DNA from: Selaginella moellendorffii
Lineage: Eukaryota > Plantae > Lycopodiophyta
Assembly: GCF_000143415.4 (NCBI RefSeq)
Contig: NW_003314263.1
Location: 1,948,749 to 2,012,748, forward strand
Length of the DNA: 64,000 nt
Reading direction: 5' to 3'
The position numbers were made by a program, and so were the translations under genes. The stretch's first letter is position 1. Every line of letters begins with the position of its first letter. This document shows, in pieces, positions 12,652 through 24,772 of the stretch. The notes beneath the pieces were generated by a model. The model was not told the DNA's origin, made no database searches, and saw only the letters and a list, made by a program, of their open reading frames with translations.

Positions 12652-12668
12652 AAGCTTTTCCCTTCCAT
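11829..12668 (-). CDS. Multi-pass membrane protein of unknown function (At4g19950/At5g44860-like), 279 aa, intronless
   Basis: Several hydrophobic helices; motifs SLAATVAVLD..G..ALREAARLL, VAFYFSC and terminal DYTPL resemble that family as recalled. Confidence 0.72.
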   Translation of the reverse strand: MEGKSFHAISKAAGIICQKESKLFLSLTVILPAAGVQVFLVPAVLSFLGLDPKPLARLINSSGPFISSAVVESFLRWVSDVTAKQAIALLSSLAISAALWTVSTASLVSTAARVHRGEEISRWEALHFRPRVWLALLSVALCSLLIQALEFALSLSYLHDEVNVIFSLMAFAEYLSMVASLAATVAVLDGFAGVRALREAARLLHRNLPMGLALWVMHYFVFDVGALNNLAASTKEWWWIVLWIFTVSAGSLWWSSVHVAFYFSCLPDEEMKQDYTPLA

Positions 12669-14363
12669 CGCTCGAGAATGATGTGTGAGATGTGTATTCC
12701 CATGTTATTTTATTCCATCACATACGGTCTAGAACGCGCTCTCGGCTTAATTGATTAGCTTTAAAGTTCAAACAAATATATGAACTACTATGAGAGTTTC
12801 AAATTAAACCTTTTCAATCATCTTATTTCTCCACCTCCAACTTTTGACCAAGCTGACAGCGTGTTCTAGACAAAGTCATACGTGATGGAGTGTAGAGTGC
12901 CTGAGGTTGTCACTCTCGAGCTTGGAGGGGAAAAGCCCTCACGCAATCTTCAAAGCCGCATGACCTATTCTAAAAAATGAGAGCATATCATCTCTACTTC
13001 TCTCAAGTGAGATGAGATATACTCTCTTTGTTTCATGCGGCTTTGAAGATTGCGTGCTCTTGCTCTTTGAGTGCTCAAAAATATTATGTATAAAATACAA
13101 ATAAATATTTGCCAGACTCCAGCCTACACTTTTTCCAAAGGTTTCGCACTTAAGGGTGGACATTATCATGTAAAAGGGTCATCTTTCAGTACAGTTGCAG
13201 ATCCTAAGAATTGTTATAGCTGATATATGCACAATGAATGTGGAGCCTCAACAACACAATCCCCACTTGCAAGCCATCGCACTCAAGCTGCAGAATGTGT
13301 TGTGGCCTCAACAGTAATTCAGCAAAAGGTTTAGCTCAAATGCGTCAGCGAGGAGGAGGTGATTACAACTGACCTCTAGCCCTACTGAGCTTCGTAAGCA
13401 GCGGGCAATTGGATAGAAAGCCCGAGAGCCCAGCGTTTGTCAAGCTCTCAACCCCGCGTAGCTTGAGCTCCTTCAAGAGCAAGAAGCAAGAGACCATGGC
13501 CACAACGTCTAATTCATCTGCATTGAAAACTAGCTCTTCTGGCTGTGACGAGCTTTAGTCCCAGACAGCCAACAGTCTTCTTACCTCCAGTGATTCAAGC
13601 TTTGGAGAAGCTTGAGGCAACTCTGATGCCCCAGGCAGGCTCTAGTGAGAACGAGCAAGACTCCAAGAGCCCACTGACTTGAGAGGTGTGGAAACCTGTG
13701 TTTCCAGAAGGATATGGAACGAGCCTTGAATTCCAATCAAATTCCTCTTCCAGTCATTAGGTTATGTCTTATAGCTAGCACACCTCTTACTAAATTTCAT
13801 GGGAATAACGGGCCAATAGATTTTGTGAAAGAACTTAGCCACAGCGGGGCACTTTCTATCATCTTCCGTTTCGGTCCCATGATCGGTCGCTTGGGATTTT
13901 GAGGAACGATCTTCATAGTACCTAGAAATAAAAAATATTTCGGCCCAAGTTCTAGAGATTGCGAAGGAATATGTTACCTTCCACGGGGTTTACAGCGATT
14001 CCTGCATCCTGCATATACTAGAGTGATTAAGGTTTTAATAAAGGTTTGCTTTGAAGATTGCATTAACCGGTGATTGCAGGTAAATATTTACTATATTTTT
14101 TAATTTTATTATGAAACTTAATTAATTTTTAGCAAAAAATTAAAATGCTACAACTGATCAAAATAATGTCACAAAACTATTTCAGAAAATAATCAAAATA
14201 AAAAATGATAAGGTAGTTTTAGGGTATACATTGAAAAGATTCCTAAAAATTATTATACATTTTCTATTCAGTCAGCGAGGCATGCTAGTGGATTTGTTTT
14301 CCTCTTCTATTTTCTTTTTTTCTGTTTTTCTTTTTTTTCTGATATGACTGTTTTGCTCTTCAG

Positions 14364-14582
14364 GTGACGTACCGGTTTGTTAGTGGGCTCAACGACAGAG
14401 GTTTTATTGAAGGACGCTATGTTCCCGTGACCCCTGCGACGCCACCGACTAGCGTGACCAAGCCAGTACCTCCAGCTAAAGATGAACCAGTGGAAGCTAA
14501 GATTGAAAACGGTTCGCCTTCGCCTGAATCGGGAGGGAGTGATGTAGATACAACTACTCGCGAGCCCGCGTCCATAAATTGA
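14364..14582 (+). other. Orphan terminal exon (VTYRFVSGLNDRGFIEGRYVP... Pro/Ser/Glu-rich tail)
   Basis: Strong polypyrimidine/CAG acceptor just before 14364 and a GC-richer open frame in AT-rich surroundings; upstream exons not resolved. Confidence 0.4.
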
Positions 14583-14820
14583 GAGAGGTATGCTACTCCA
14601 TTTTGATTTTTTTTTCCTTCGCTCTAAGATAAAAATGTCTCGACGGATGTGTATCATCATGCGGTTTAGGCAACGTAGAAGAAAGTTGAGGTGCAGTCGA
14701 TGATGATGATGATCACAATAAGCCGAGAGAAAGACGGTTCTATCTATTGTTTTATTTGTTCTTTCCTATTAATTCGTATCGTTTTTTTGTTCAAGCAGAC
14801 AAAAAAACAGATTCCTACAG

Positions 14821-16799
14821 TCAATGAGCTCCTGCGTTAAGACCAGTGTTTGCGAGCAACACATAGCCAGCTCCATCCAGTTGCTCCAAATCGAGAACTT
14901 CCTGGGCAGTAATCCTTTCTCGAGTGGTGGAGCTGTGGTCAGCTCCAAGCAGGCTCGTCCACTCGAAAGAATCGGGAGCAAAAGGCATGGATTGGACGAG
15001 ACTGTGAGCGCCTTCCAAGTGTCCAGCTCGTCCAAGCATATCAACAACGCAGCAAAAGTGCCGCTTGGATGGTTCCAGCCCAAAATCCACGATCATCGAG
15101 CGGAAGCATCCGGAGCTCACCTTGCCCGAGTGGCTCGTAGCACAAATCATGGACAGCATGGAGATCTCGTTTGGGAAAATGTCGCTCATCACCATGGCGT
15201 GGAAGACGTTTTTAATCTCGCGCAAGAGCTTGTTCTGGGAATATCCGGCCAGCATGGCGTTCCACGAGACGAGATTCCGGTCGGGCATCGTGGAGAATAA
15301 TTTCTGGGCCGGCCGCATATGCCCGTGCTGGGTATATGCCTGCAGCATGGTGTTCCACGTCACCATGTCTCTCTGTGGAATCCAGGAGAACATTCTTTGT
15401 GTCTCCCACACAGACCGGCCCAAAAGGAAGGCATTTAGTGATACCAGGTTGTGCTCGGGCATGGCATCAAACATTTGCTTAGATTCTTCGCTGTGCCCGA
15501 GTTGGGTATATGCTGCGAGCAGTGTGTTCCACGCGAATAGATTCGCGTAGTTCATTCTATCGAAAACTTGGCGACATTTTTCGATTTTTCCGACGCGTGC
15601 ATAAGCCGCAAGGAAAACATTACACAAGACAATGTTGGTTTCTGGCATTGATTCGAAGATTCGTTCGACTCTTTCGTGCTGCCCAGCCAGGGCATATGCT
15701 AGCAAAATAGAGTTCCATGACACAGAACTTTTTTCAGGCGCCGAATCAAACAAGACTTGGGCCTCGTCTAAAAAACCATGTTGGGCATATGCGAAAAGCA
15801 AAGTGTTCACGGATACCATGCTGTGATACTGCATTGAGTCATAAAACTTCTTTGCCTTCTGAATATCCCCTGCTTGGGTATATGCCAAGAGCATGGTATT
15901 GAACGAGATCAGGTCAGCATCTTTTAGCTCATCAAAAACTTGCTTTGATTTGCTAATATACCCATGCTGCGCATACATGGCTAGTACGATATTCCAAGAG
16001 AGAGCGTTATGTTCGGGCATTTTGTCGAAGAGATTCTTTGCCTGTTCTATATTCCCATGCAAGGCATATGCTGCGAGCATTGCATTTAAAGAGGAAAGAT
16101 TTGTGACTGGCATGCTATTAAGCATTCTTTTAGACCCATTGACATTAGAGCAAGCACTAATTACAGCCGTCCAAGCGACAAGATCCCACCGGGCATCGAG
16201 TGAAACAAACGGTGACACTCCTGCGATTGCCCTCTCTGGGCAAATGCCGCCAGCAACGACGTCCACGACAGAATATCTAGCGCCGGCATTCGTCGGAATA
16301 TCCCCACTGCATCCTCCAGATTCCCGTCACGGCAATGTGCGGTGAGAATCACATTCCACACTACAAGATTGGTTTCCTCTAAAGAATCAAACAAGCGCTG
16401 GGCGTCGTCTAGATTCCCGTTTCTGGCAAAAGCAGAGAGCATTGTTGTAAATGCTACAAAATTCCATGCTGGCATCGCATCAAAGATTCCTTTCGATTCC
16501 CGCAAATGCCCATTCCGGGCATATGCTGTGAGCATCATCACCCACGAAAAGATGTTCTTGTGCCGGATGCCGTCAAACGCGATCCTGGCATCGACGGGGC
16601 CGCCACAAGAGCCGTACATCTGCACGACCAGGTTCCAGATGTAGGGGCCGTCGGATTCATGACACGTGTCACGAAGCCACGAGTGCAGTTTCCTGGCCAT
16701 TGTGATAGTTTCGCATGATCGAATCAACTGGGCGGCGGCCTCAGTGCTGCAATTCCACATTTGTTTGCAATGCTTGGAATCAAACGCAAATGCCACCAT
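14821..16799 (-). pseudogene. PLS-class PPR-E gene with one frameshift near 16190 (pseudogene or sequence error)
   Basis: Overlapping PPR ORFs 16161..16835 and 14821..16266; adding one C (ATG CCC [C]GG TGG GAT) restores FHSMPRWDLVAW; E domain at the C-terminus. Confidence 0.82.
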
Positions 16800-17096
16800 T
16801 TTTCTAATGTCACTGGCATCACTCAGTTTCCTCACTTATAATACTTGTCTAACCTGCATTTACTCCCCAGCTCTATGGCTATAGCCCTCTCTATAGACCA
16901 CCATGTCAAAGTTCTCGTCTTTTAACTATACTGTTCGCCTTCACTTTGATAATGCGATTTCTGAGCTTGCGCCAAATGCCAAAGTGTATCCTCATCTGTG
17001 TATATTCACCATTACTACTGTGAAAGCATTTGCCAAGTTTTCATTAATCAAGAACGAAAGTTGACCAAACCTCTGCTAATAGGATTTGAGCTCAAG

Positions 17097-17242
<146 letters not shown>

Positions 17243-17400
17243 TTTTATTATAAAATACATATTAATAATATACATAAAAAAAAATACACACAATACACTC
17301 ACAACATTATACACTAAATCTCCCCCCCCCACATTATAAATCATATTAAATAAAAAAATAAAAAAATAAAAAAAAATTTTTCTATTCTCTCTTTTTCTCT

Positions 17401-17500
17401 NNNNNNNNNNNNNNNNNNNNNNNNNNNNNNNNNNNNNNNNNNNNNNNNNNNNNNNNNNNNNNNNNNNNNNNNNNNNNNNNNNNNNNNNNNNNNNNNNNNN
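17401..17500. other. Assembly gap (100 N)
   Basis: Run of n. Confidence 1.
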
Positions 17501-17906
17501 GTCACGAGCGCAGTGTCATGGTCACTGGGATAATTTCGCAGGGTGGAGTCATCTGGGCGGCGGTCTCACATTTGCATTTACACATTTGTGTGCAACGCGA
17601 AGACTCACACGTATATGCCATCATTTTTATAATGTCGCTGGCATCACTCTGTTTCCTCTCTTATAATAATTGTCTCACCCGCTTTTTCTCTCTAGCTCTA
17701 TGTATATAGCCCTCTATATAGACCCTCATGTCAAAGTTCTTGTGTTTTCACTATCCTTTTCACTTTCATTTTTATGATGGGATTTCAGAGCTTGCTGCAT
17801 ATTCCAATGTGTATCTTCATCTGTGTATTTTCGCCATTACTTGTGAGAAATCATTTGACAAGTATTCATAAATCAAGAAAGATATTTGAACAAACCTTTT
17901 GTTATA

Positions 17907-17944
<38 letters not shown>

Positions 17945-19573
17945 GTTGATGGGCATATGAGATTAAACATGCACTCAGGGTTAGACAAGATTAATTCCGG
18001 GATTTGACTTTGTAAAATTATTAATGAAATACTAAAACAATGGAGAAAAAAAAGATGAATTTCTATTAAAAACTCTAAAGAAAAACTTTTGATAATTTGA
18101 ACACTTTGATGCTGATTATCTAGCTCCAGTCAAATGCAACATACATAGTTTTCACCTATGATCTTAGAAATCTATAGGCAAAAGCACTCTAGTAAACAGC
18201 TTACCAAAATGATTCTTTCAATAGAATATGGAGACTCAAGTTCTGCAGCTTTTGAAGGATTATATGGCATGCATACAGCTTAGGAAAATAATGAAGTTGA
18301 AGCCAATAAAGATTCCTCTAAGACCATTCTCATTTGTGTGCATCAACCTCACCAAAGTACCATGAGTTTAGCAGGGCATATCACACAAACCTAAGAGCCC
18401 ACTTGGGCCAAACTTGGATTGCCACCATGTCTTGAGTGAGAATCTCCCTCTTGGTATGTAGCCCCTAAAGAAAACCAATTGCTCCACTAGTAGCCTCCAA
18501 TTCTAGGGCTCCATAGAAGTGTCATATAGACATTCTTGATCCATCCATCCAGTCTTCATCATCTCCCTAGCAGCTTAGCCACTTGGCCCTCTCCACATGC
18601 CTTCTTCCCATATAGCATCTCACTTCCTTTTTCTCTTGGCCACCATGCCTTTTCTAGCCAATTCCTCCATCTTACAATACCTTTGCCTCATGGCCATTCT
18701 TAGACTCAAATCAATGAAACATCATTTCAATCTCACACTATCTTGTAGGTTTGTATTGCTTTACTTTTCTATTTTAATTCAAACAAGTTACAAGTTACTG
18801 CAAAGTACAAAGTGAGGATTAGAGATCCTTCTCCCTACTGCTCTAGGTCAATGACTTCCACACCCTCTAGTGACAATCTTCTTTTCTCACAAAGATTCTA
18901 TCACCTAATGTTCAAAACCTAAACAAGACAATTGCCATCATCGAGCAAAAGATGGTAGTAGTATGACAGGACATCCAGTATCTAGAAGAACTCCTGTTTC
19001 CTATCTCTCTCTCTCTCTCTCTCTATTCAAGACAAGTTTGGTATGCATATATCTCAGAATGGTGCCACTTGACAAGCTGATCCCCTTTGATATACCAAGG
19101 AATCTTATGGTTCCACAGAATCTTTAGGAGTCTTGTGAACAGTTGTGGAGACTCAATGTTCCCAAGCATGGAGGAGTTGTTAAAGAGTATCTTCAGCAAG
19201 TCAGAGTAGACAAGAATCATTCTTATAAGGCACATGGCCACCTTTGTGAGTGTTATAGTCGGATTCTGGCATGGATCACATATAACAGATATCACCAAGG
19301 GCACCAACATGAGTGTAGTATTACAAGTGAGCATACAATAATGAATTGGTATAAATTATGTTATGATATTGGTATTATCACATTAGAATGAGATTTAAAA
19401 GATTGATAGTCAATTATAGAAATTGATAAAATTAATTTTGGTAAGAAAAATTATAATCATAGTAGAAGAATAGAAGGTTAGAAGGTCTTTGAAGGAATTG
19501 AAGATGATTTAGATAAAATGTTTATAGTTCTAGTATACTACACAAACTTTAATTAATATATTATATACATATG

Positions 19574-19870
19574 TTAAACATAGGAGTTTATATGGTGAAG
19601 CATTAACAAAACTCTACACCTCTGTGACATATGCATACTGAAAAGATAGAAATACACATCCCAATCCAAATGCTGAAAGTTCATATAATTCATGATCATC
19701 CCTTTGAATGTCCAAACGAGCTGTTCCACCAAACCATCTAACTGTGAAAGTGAACATGATGATAAGCACTTGTGAAAGTGTGGCATATCCCCAACCGAGA
19801 TGTCAAAACATGAAATGCCTCATGTATAAATGCGGGACCATTATCTAAAAGAATCTGCTCCAAATAAAAA
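19574..19870 (-). mobile_element. Degenerate Ty3/gypsy integrase fragment
   Basis: EQILLDNGPAF and SQLDGLVEQLVWTFKGMIMNY..DWD resemble integrase core motifs (SDNGPxF; HPQTDGLVER). Confidence 0.65.
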
Positions 19871-20183
19871 TGCTAAAACACCACTTGATTGAGGAAGAAA
19901 TATCTAACAGCAATTGCAAAAGTGCTAGTAAGAGCATCAACTTTCACCTAGCTATGAGCACAAAATACCTAGGCCCCAAAGTGGAGCCGGAAGGGTGCCA
20001 CGTGGTAGTGGCCAAAGCGAAAGCCAAACGAGCGTAACACATTTGGACTAAAAACTCCGACTTGAAAGGTCGAGAGCGGGAGTGGAACTCTCAATAAAGG
20101 GGCTCGAGGAATGAGCACGAAGCTAGCAATAAGTGAGGCTCTGAAAAAGGACCTAAAAGGACCAACACATGACATGTGGAAGG

Positions 20184-20923
20184 ACCTGAGACGGAGTCCG
20201 AGATGGACCAAGATGGAGTTCGAGATGGACCGAGACAGAGTCTGAGATGGACCGAGACGGAGTCCGAGATGGAGTCCGAGATGGATCTGAGACAGAGTCC
20301 GAGATGGAGTCCGAGATGGAGTCCAAGATGGACCCGAGGTGGAGTCTGAGATGGAGTCCGAGATGGACCCGAGGTGGAGTCTGAGATGGACCCAAGATGG
20401 AGTTCGAGATGGAGTCTGAGATGGACCCGAGATAGAATCCGAGATGGAGTCCGAGAAAGACCCGAGATGGAGTCCAAGGTCGAGACCAAGACCGGGACCA
20501 AGACCGGGACTGAGACCGAGACCGAGACTGAGACCAAGATCGGGACCGAGACTGAGACCGAGATCGAGACCGAGACCGAGATCGGGATGTAAGCTCCTGA
20601 GTTTAGACTTCCCGAGAGGTCACCCAGCCCAGTACTATTCTAACCCAAGGACACTTAATCCCAAATATCCCAAGACCCTTAACCGATTGGAAAAGGGGGT
20701 GCACTCTTATTCATGGGCCCTTTCCCTCTATATTTGAACCCCATGGATCGTCTCTCAAGTCGTTCCCTTTGGTTGCTTACACGGGACCGAGACTGAGGCC
20801 GAGACTGAGACCGAGGCTGAGGCCGAGACAGAGCCCGAGCCCGGTTCCGAGCCCGAGTCCAAGCCCAAGTCCGAGTCTGAGTCCGAGTCTGAGTCTGAGT
20901 CTGAGTCCCAGTTCGAGTCTGAG
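20184..20923. repeat. Tandem array: 12-bp GAGATGGAGTCC-like units grading into GAGNCY hexamers, interrupted by a solo LTR
   Basis: Directly visible; explains the low-complexity ORFs in all frames. Confidence 0.92.
20588..20781 (-). mobile_element. Solo LTR of the 5S-carrying (Cassandra-like) TRIM
   Basis: TGTAAGC...GCTTACA termini; reverse-complement match to LTR 35613-35807; 5-bp TSD CGGGA at 20583-20587 and 20782-20786. Confidence 0.93.
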
Positions 20924-21944
20924 AGGGTGAAAGCCCAAAGCGTTCGTCTCCCAGACCCTGGGGGGTTTGGTGAGCTCCAAAAGTATAGTAAGGGGGAGGA
21001 TTGCAGTGGAGCTAGTTTGGCCAGGAAAGGCCAGTTTGGCCCAGGAAGGTTGTACCCAGTGTTGGGTGATGAGCTGCCCACTAGGAAGTCCAAGACTAGA
21101 GTGAACACGGACCAACAAGCAGGGTGACTTGGTGAAGTGCTCAAGAGCCGGCTCTAGTTCCCCCGGGAGATCGACTAGCCGATACTCCCAGTCCAAGTGT
21201 GGGTGGCACTACCTACTTGGATACTTGGTGTGGCTCAACAGAACCTTGCTCTAAGCCCATGGCTAGAGCACCCAAAGGTAGAAGGTGGGGAGAGTACCCA
21301 TGAGGCTCGTGTAAGGCCACGGTGTTCCGACATGTTGTCCCAAAGGCCCAGACTGTGGAGAGGAAGAGAAGTAGCCCTCTGGTGTAGTGACCAAGGATAC
21401 AGTCGAGTGGTGAGGAAGTCCCAGAGGACTGTAGGACTTAGTGGTCGGGCCTGTGGGCCTCGATCCAGTGGCAGTGTTGGCAAACACAGCCATGAGCAGA
21501 AAGGGACTTGGTGGGGACCAGAAAAGGGATATTGGGGAAGGCTATTCCCCATGTCTGTGGGCATCCTAAGGATGCTAAAAAGTGAATTTGGGATGATCGC
21601 TCATAGACGGATGGCCCAGTCTTTGAGAGACGGGACTGTGATGGAGGTGGTGTCAGACCACCGGTGTGACCAAGGTGAATGGGCATGGCTTTAGCGTAAT
21701 AAGCCGATATGTCGGTGGTACCTTGGGGTGTCGGTCATGGGATCGGACACGTGGAGCACTTGGACCAAGTGTAATAGTGGAGTGGCATGGATGCCATTTT
21801 TGGGGCTAGCAAGTCCCTAAGTCCAAAATAGGACTTATGGAGGTTGTGAGTGAGACTTCTCCAAGTGGTTAGAGGTGTGGTTAAGTGACTAAAGTAAAAT
21901 GGAAAATTTAATTTCTTACAACTTGGTATCAGAGTTGTTTCTTA

Positions 21945-22825
21945 TTGAGCATACTCAGCCCGGTTTGAGAAACTCCTGTCATTGGCTTGCACTTGTTAGT
22001 ATCAAAAACCCCCGCGATATTGAGATTGGTCCCTCAATATTCGCTAAATGATAGCTTATCGTGTCTGCCAAATACCCTCACTATCATGCCTTTTGAGTTA
22101 GTCTCATTTCGGTCTTGTTCTGAACACAATGGTGTTCATCCCATGTCCAAATTCGCATTCTAGCGCTATTTCATATTTAGTAAGTTTCAAGTTTTTCCCA
22201 GAGACTAACTCCTAATACTAAGGGATGTGTTCCTCAAGAGGGGGGACTGTGGGGGGCTCCAAATGTATAGTAGGAATAGTGGGTAGGCCGAGCATGGCTG
22301 ACTAATCTGAGGCATAATCTAGCTCTTGGTTGCGTGCCTGTCATTATTCTACGTCCGACTTGGGTCTAAGCCCAAGTTCCATTCCATGCTAGCTAGTGGA
22401 GTTCCCATATCGTTACATTAAGCCACCAGTATACTAAAATTTGTTCGTTTGGCTCCGTTTGGCTTGTTTGGCTAGACTTCGTTTGGCTCCGTTTTGCGTG
22501 TTGGTCCTGGCATTGGAATGCTGGTTGCTCTAAGATTATTCCAAGTCACTCTATGCCCCTGTCCCTTTGCTCCTTGGGCTGTACACTCGGGAGTTGCTCC
22601 ATGGTTCGGTTCCGTCACTCCTTGGCTCCATGCTTGGGAGTTTGACACCGTTCCTTTGTTCAGTGGCCCAAGGCCCTGAAACTTGGGTTCCATGCCACTA
22701 TCCTTTGGACACGTGGCATATGACACATGGCATATGTCAGGTGGCACAAAGAGGGTTTAAGTTCCGCTTCATGGTTATCCTATGGTAAATCACTATAGGG
22801 TAAAAGGTCAAAATCACGTGTGCTA
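21945..22825 (+). mobile_element. Partial LTR of the same family as the 35383-42743 element
   Basis: Colinear similarity to 36213-37003 and 42190-42740. Confidence 0.85.
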
Positions 22826-23540
22826 ATCCCCACGAGTGGCTGTGCTCAAACCATTGTACCACTACAGCACCATCCTTTAGAGACACATAGGAAACTCATG
22901 CAAATGTCGAGCATCATCCTAACAATGATATGTGGCAATCACCGTGAAGTGATCAAACCAATGGTATATATTATCTCTAGGATTCCCACAAAAGAACTCC
23001 AGCCAAATGCAAGGATTGGCACTAAGAGTAGGAAGAGCTATACCATGTGCTATGAATGCCATCATCAACTGAGTTTAGTTGTTGAATTGTAATCACATAG
23101 CATCAAACAATTGCACCAACTACTACTCCAGAGTCAAAGGAGGAGGAAACTATTACTCTACCATGAAGATGAATGAAATGGAAAGAGCAAAAGAAATGAA
23201 ATGAAAAAAAGCTAGAAGGAAAGGGAGATTTAGACAATACAAAAGATCTAAACTAAAATCCTGAAAGGAAATAACAAAAGAAAGGAAATGGAAAAAACCA
23301 GATCTAGATGATGTAAAAATTAGATTTAAACTAAAATCCCAAATCCAAACACTCCTCAGGGACAATCACATGTGCCCCTCACCTCCACCAATATGAGTGC
23401 ATGGAATATGAAAAGGAATATAAAAAATGTGCATATTAATTAGCCTAAAAACCCTAGTTTATATACAAGAGCGAGTGGTCCAAATTGAAACCAATTTGAC
23501 AACTACCAAAATCCCACTATACTAATATTAGTATACTATA
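22826..23540 (-). mobile_element. Ty3/gypsy leader and gag fragment (paralogue of 61940-62736)
   Basis: Reverse complement matches 61940-62736; ORFs 22820..23092+ and 62635..62826- share IPTSGCAQT.VPLQH.PLETH. Confidence 0.85.
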
Positions 23541-23935
23541 GCACACATGGTTTTTACCCTTTATTCTATGGTGATTTACTATAGGATAACCATGAAACGG
23601 AACTTAAACCCTCTATGTGTTATATGCCACATGCCACATGCCATATGTCCAAAAGACTGTAGAGTTTTAAAGCTTTAGGCCATTGAACAAAGGAACTAGG
23701 TTAAACTCCTAAGCATGCAACTAAGAAGCAAAAGTACTAAAGCATGAAATGACTTAGAATAGTCTTAAAGCATCTAGCATCCTAATACCAAAACCAACAT
23801 GCAAAACGGAATTAAATAAAGTCTAGTGTTATTTCAGTATACCAGTAACCCACCAATTAACATGGTATAGAACTTGGGCTTAAACCTAAGCTAGATGCAA
23901 AACAAAAGCAAACACACAAACAAGAGCTAAATTAT
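23538..23935 (-). mobile_element. Degenerate LTR 3' portion, same family as 35383-37005
   Basis: Reverse-complement similarity to 22315-22825. Confidence 0.75.
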
Positions 23936-23986
23936 ACTTTAAGTTAACCCACCACCCATTACCCCTACTATTTTATACATTTGGAA

Positions 23987-24772
23987 CATGCAATCCTTAA
24001 AGCCGTAGGAACTATTCATAAAAAAGAGAGTAAGCTCTTCCCCAGCAGTGGGATTCCAAGTCTTTCTTGCACCCACTGTTTTGAGCCTTCCGAAGCCTCT
24101 TGCTCGTCTGATCAGCTTCTCGGGGCCCTTCGTGAGGCTGTGGAATCGTTCCTGCAATGGGTCTCCGACTTCACAGCAAAACAAGCAATCTCGCTGCTCT
24201 CTTGCCTGGCAATCTCGGCAGCCTTGTGGACGGTGTCCACGGCCTCGCTGGTTTCCACCACTGCTTGTCTCTACCGCGGCGAGGAGACTTCCAGGTGGGA
24301 GGTTCTTCACTTCAGGCCGAGGGTGTGGTTACCGTTGCTCAGCGTTGCCCTGTGCTCGTTCCTGATCCAAGCGCTTGAGTTTGCCATCACTTTTCTCATA
24401 GCGACTTATCTTGACGAAGTGCTGATCTTGATATCAATGTTTTCACTGGTGGCATTCGCTGAATACTTCTACATGGTGGCTTCACTTGCTGCTACTGTTG
24501 CGGTGCTGGATGGATTCGCTGGGGTGCGAGCACTTCGAGAAGCAGCAAGGCTTCTCCACCGAAATCTGCTCACGGGCTTGGCGCTGTGGTCGATGCAGTT
24601 GAACGTGAACGCTTTGACTAGCTTTACGGGCAGAAAGGAATGGTGGTGGATAGTGCTCTGGATCCTCGTGGTGTCTATAGGCTCTTTGTGGTGGTCGAAC
24701 GTACACGTAGTGTTTTATTTCTCGTGCAAGCCGGACGAAGAAATGAACCAAGATTATACTCCGTTGGCTTGA
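23987..24772 (+). pseudogene. Duplicate of the membrane-protein gene, lacking its ATG, with internal deletions
   Basis: ORF starts at TTG; homology begins at codon 7 of copy A; deletions of 20, 12 and 7 nt near the 5' end; C-terminal part intact. Confidence 0.78.

Larger units (their letters stand above)
19960..21936 (+). mobile_element. Probable long LTR containing tandem arrays, ending ...TTACA followed by a tRNA-iMet PBS
   Basis: TGGTATCAGAG at about 21925; motif GGGTGAAAGCCCAAAGCG shared with the LTR at about 42536; 5' boundary approximate. Confidence 0.45.

Noticed and set aside
12850-13900. Possible LTR or decayed coding sequence
   Set aside because: No paired LTR, TSD or protein motif that I could support.
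17501-17940. A second tandem PPR gene start
   Set aside because: Better explained as low-quality duplicate sequence at a contig end.
20184-20923. Possible CRISPR-like array
   Set aside because: Contiguous tandem units with no unique spacers, no cas genes, eukaryotic context.
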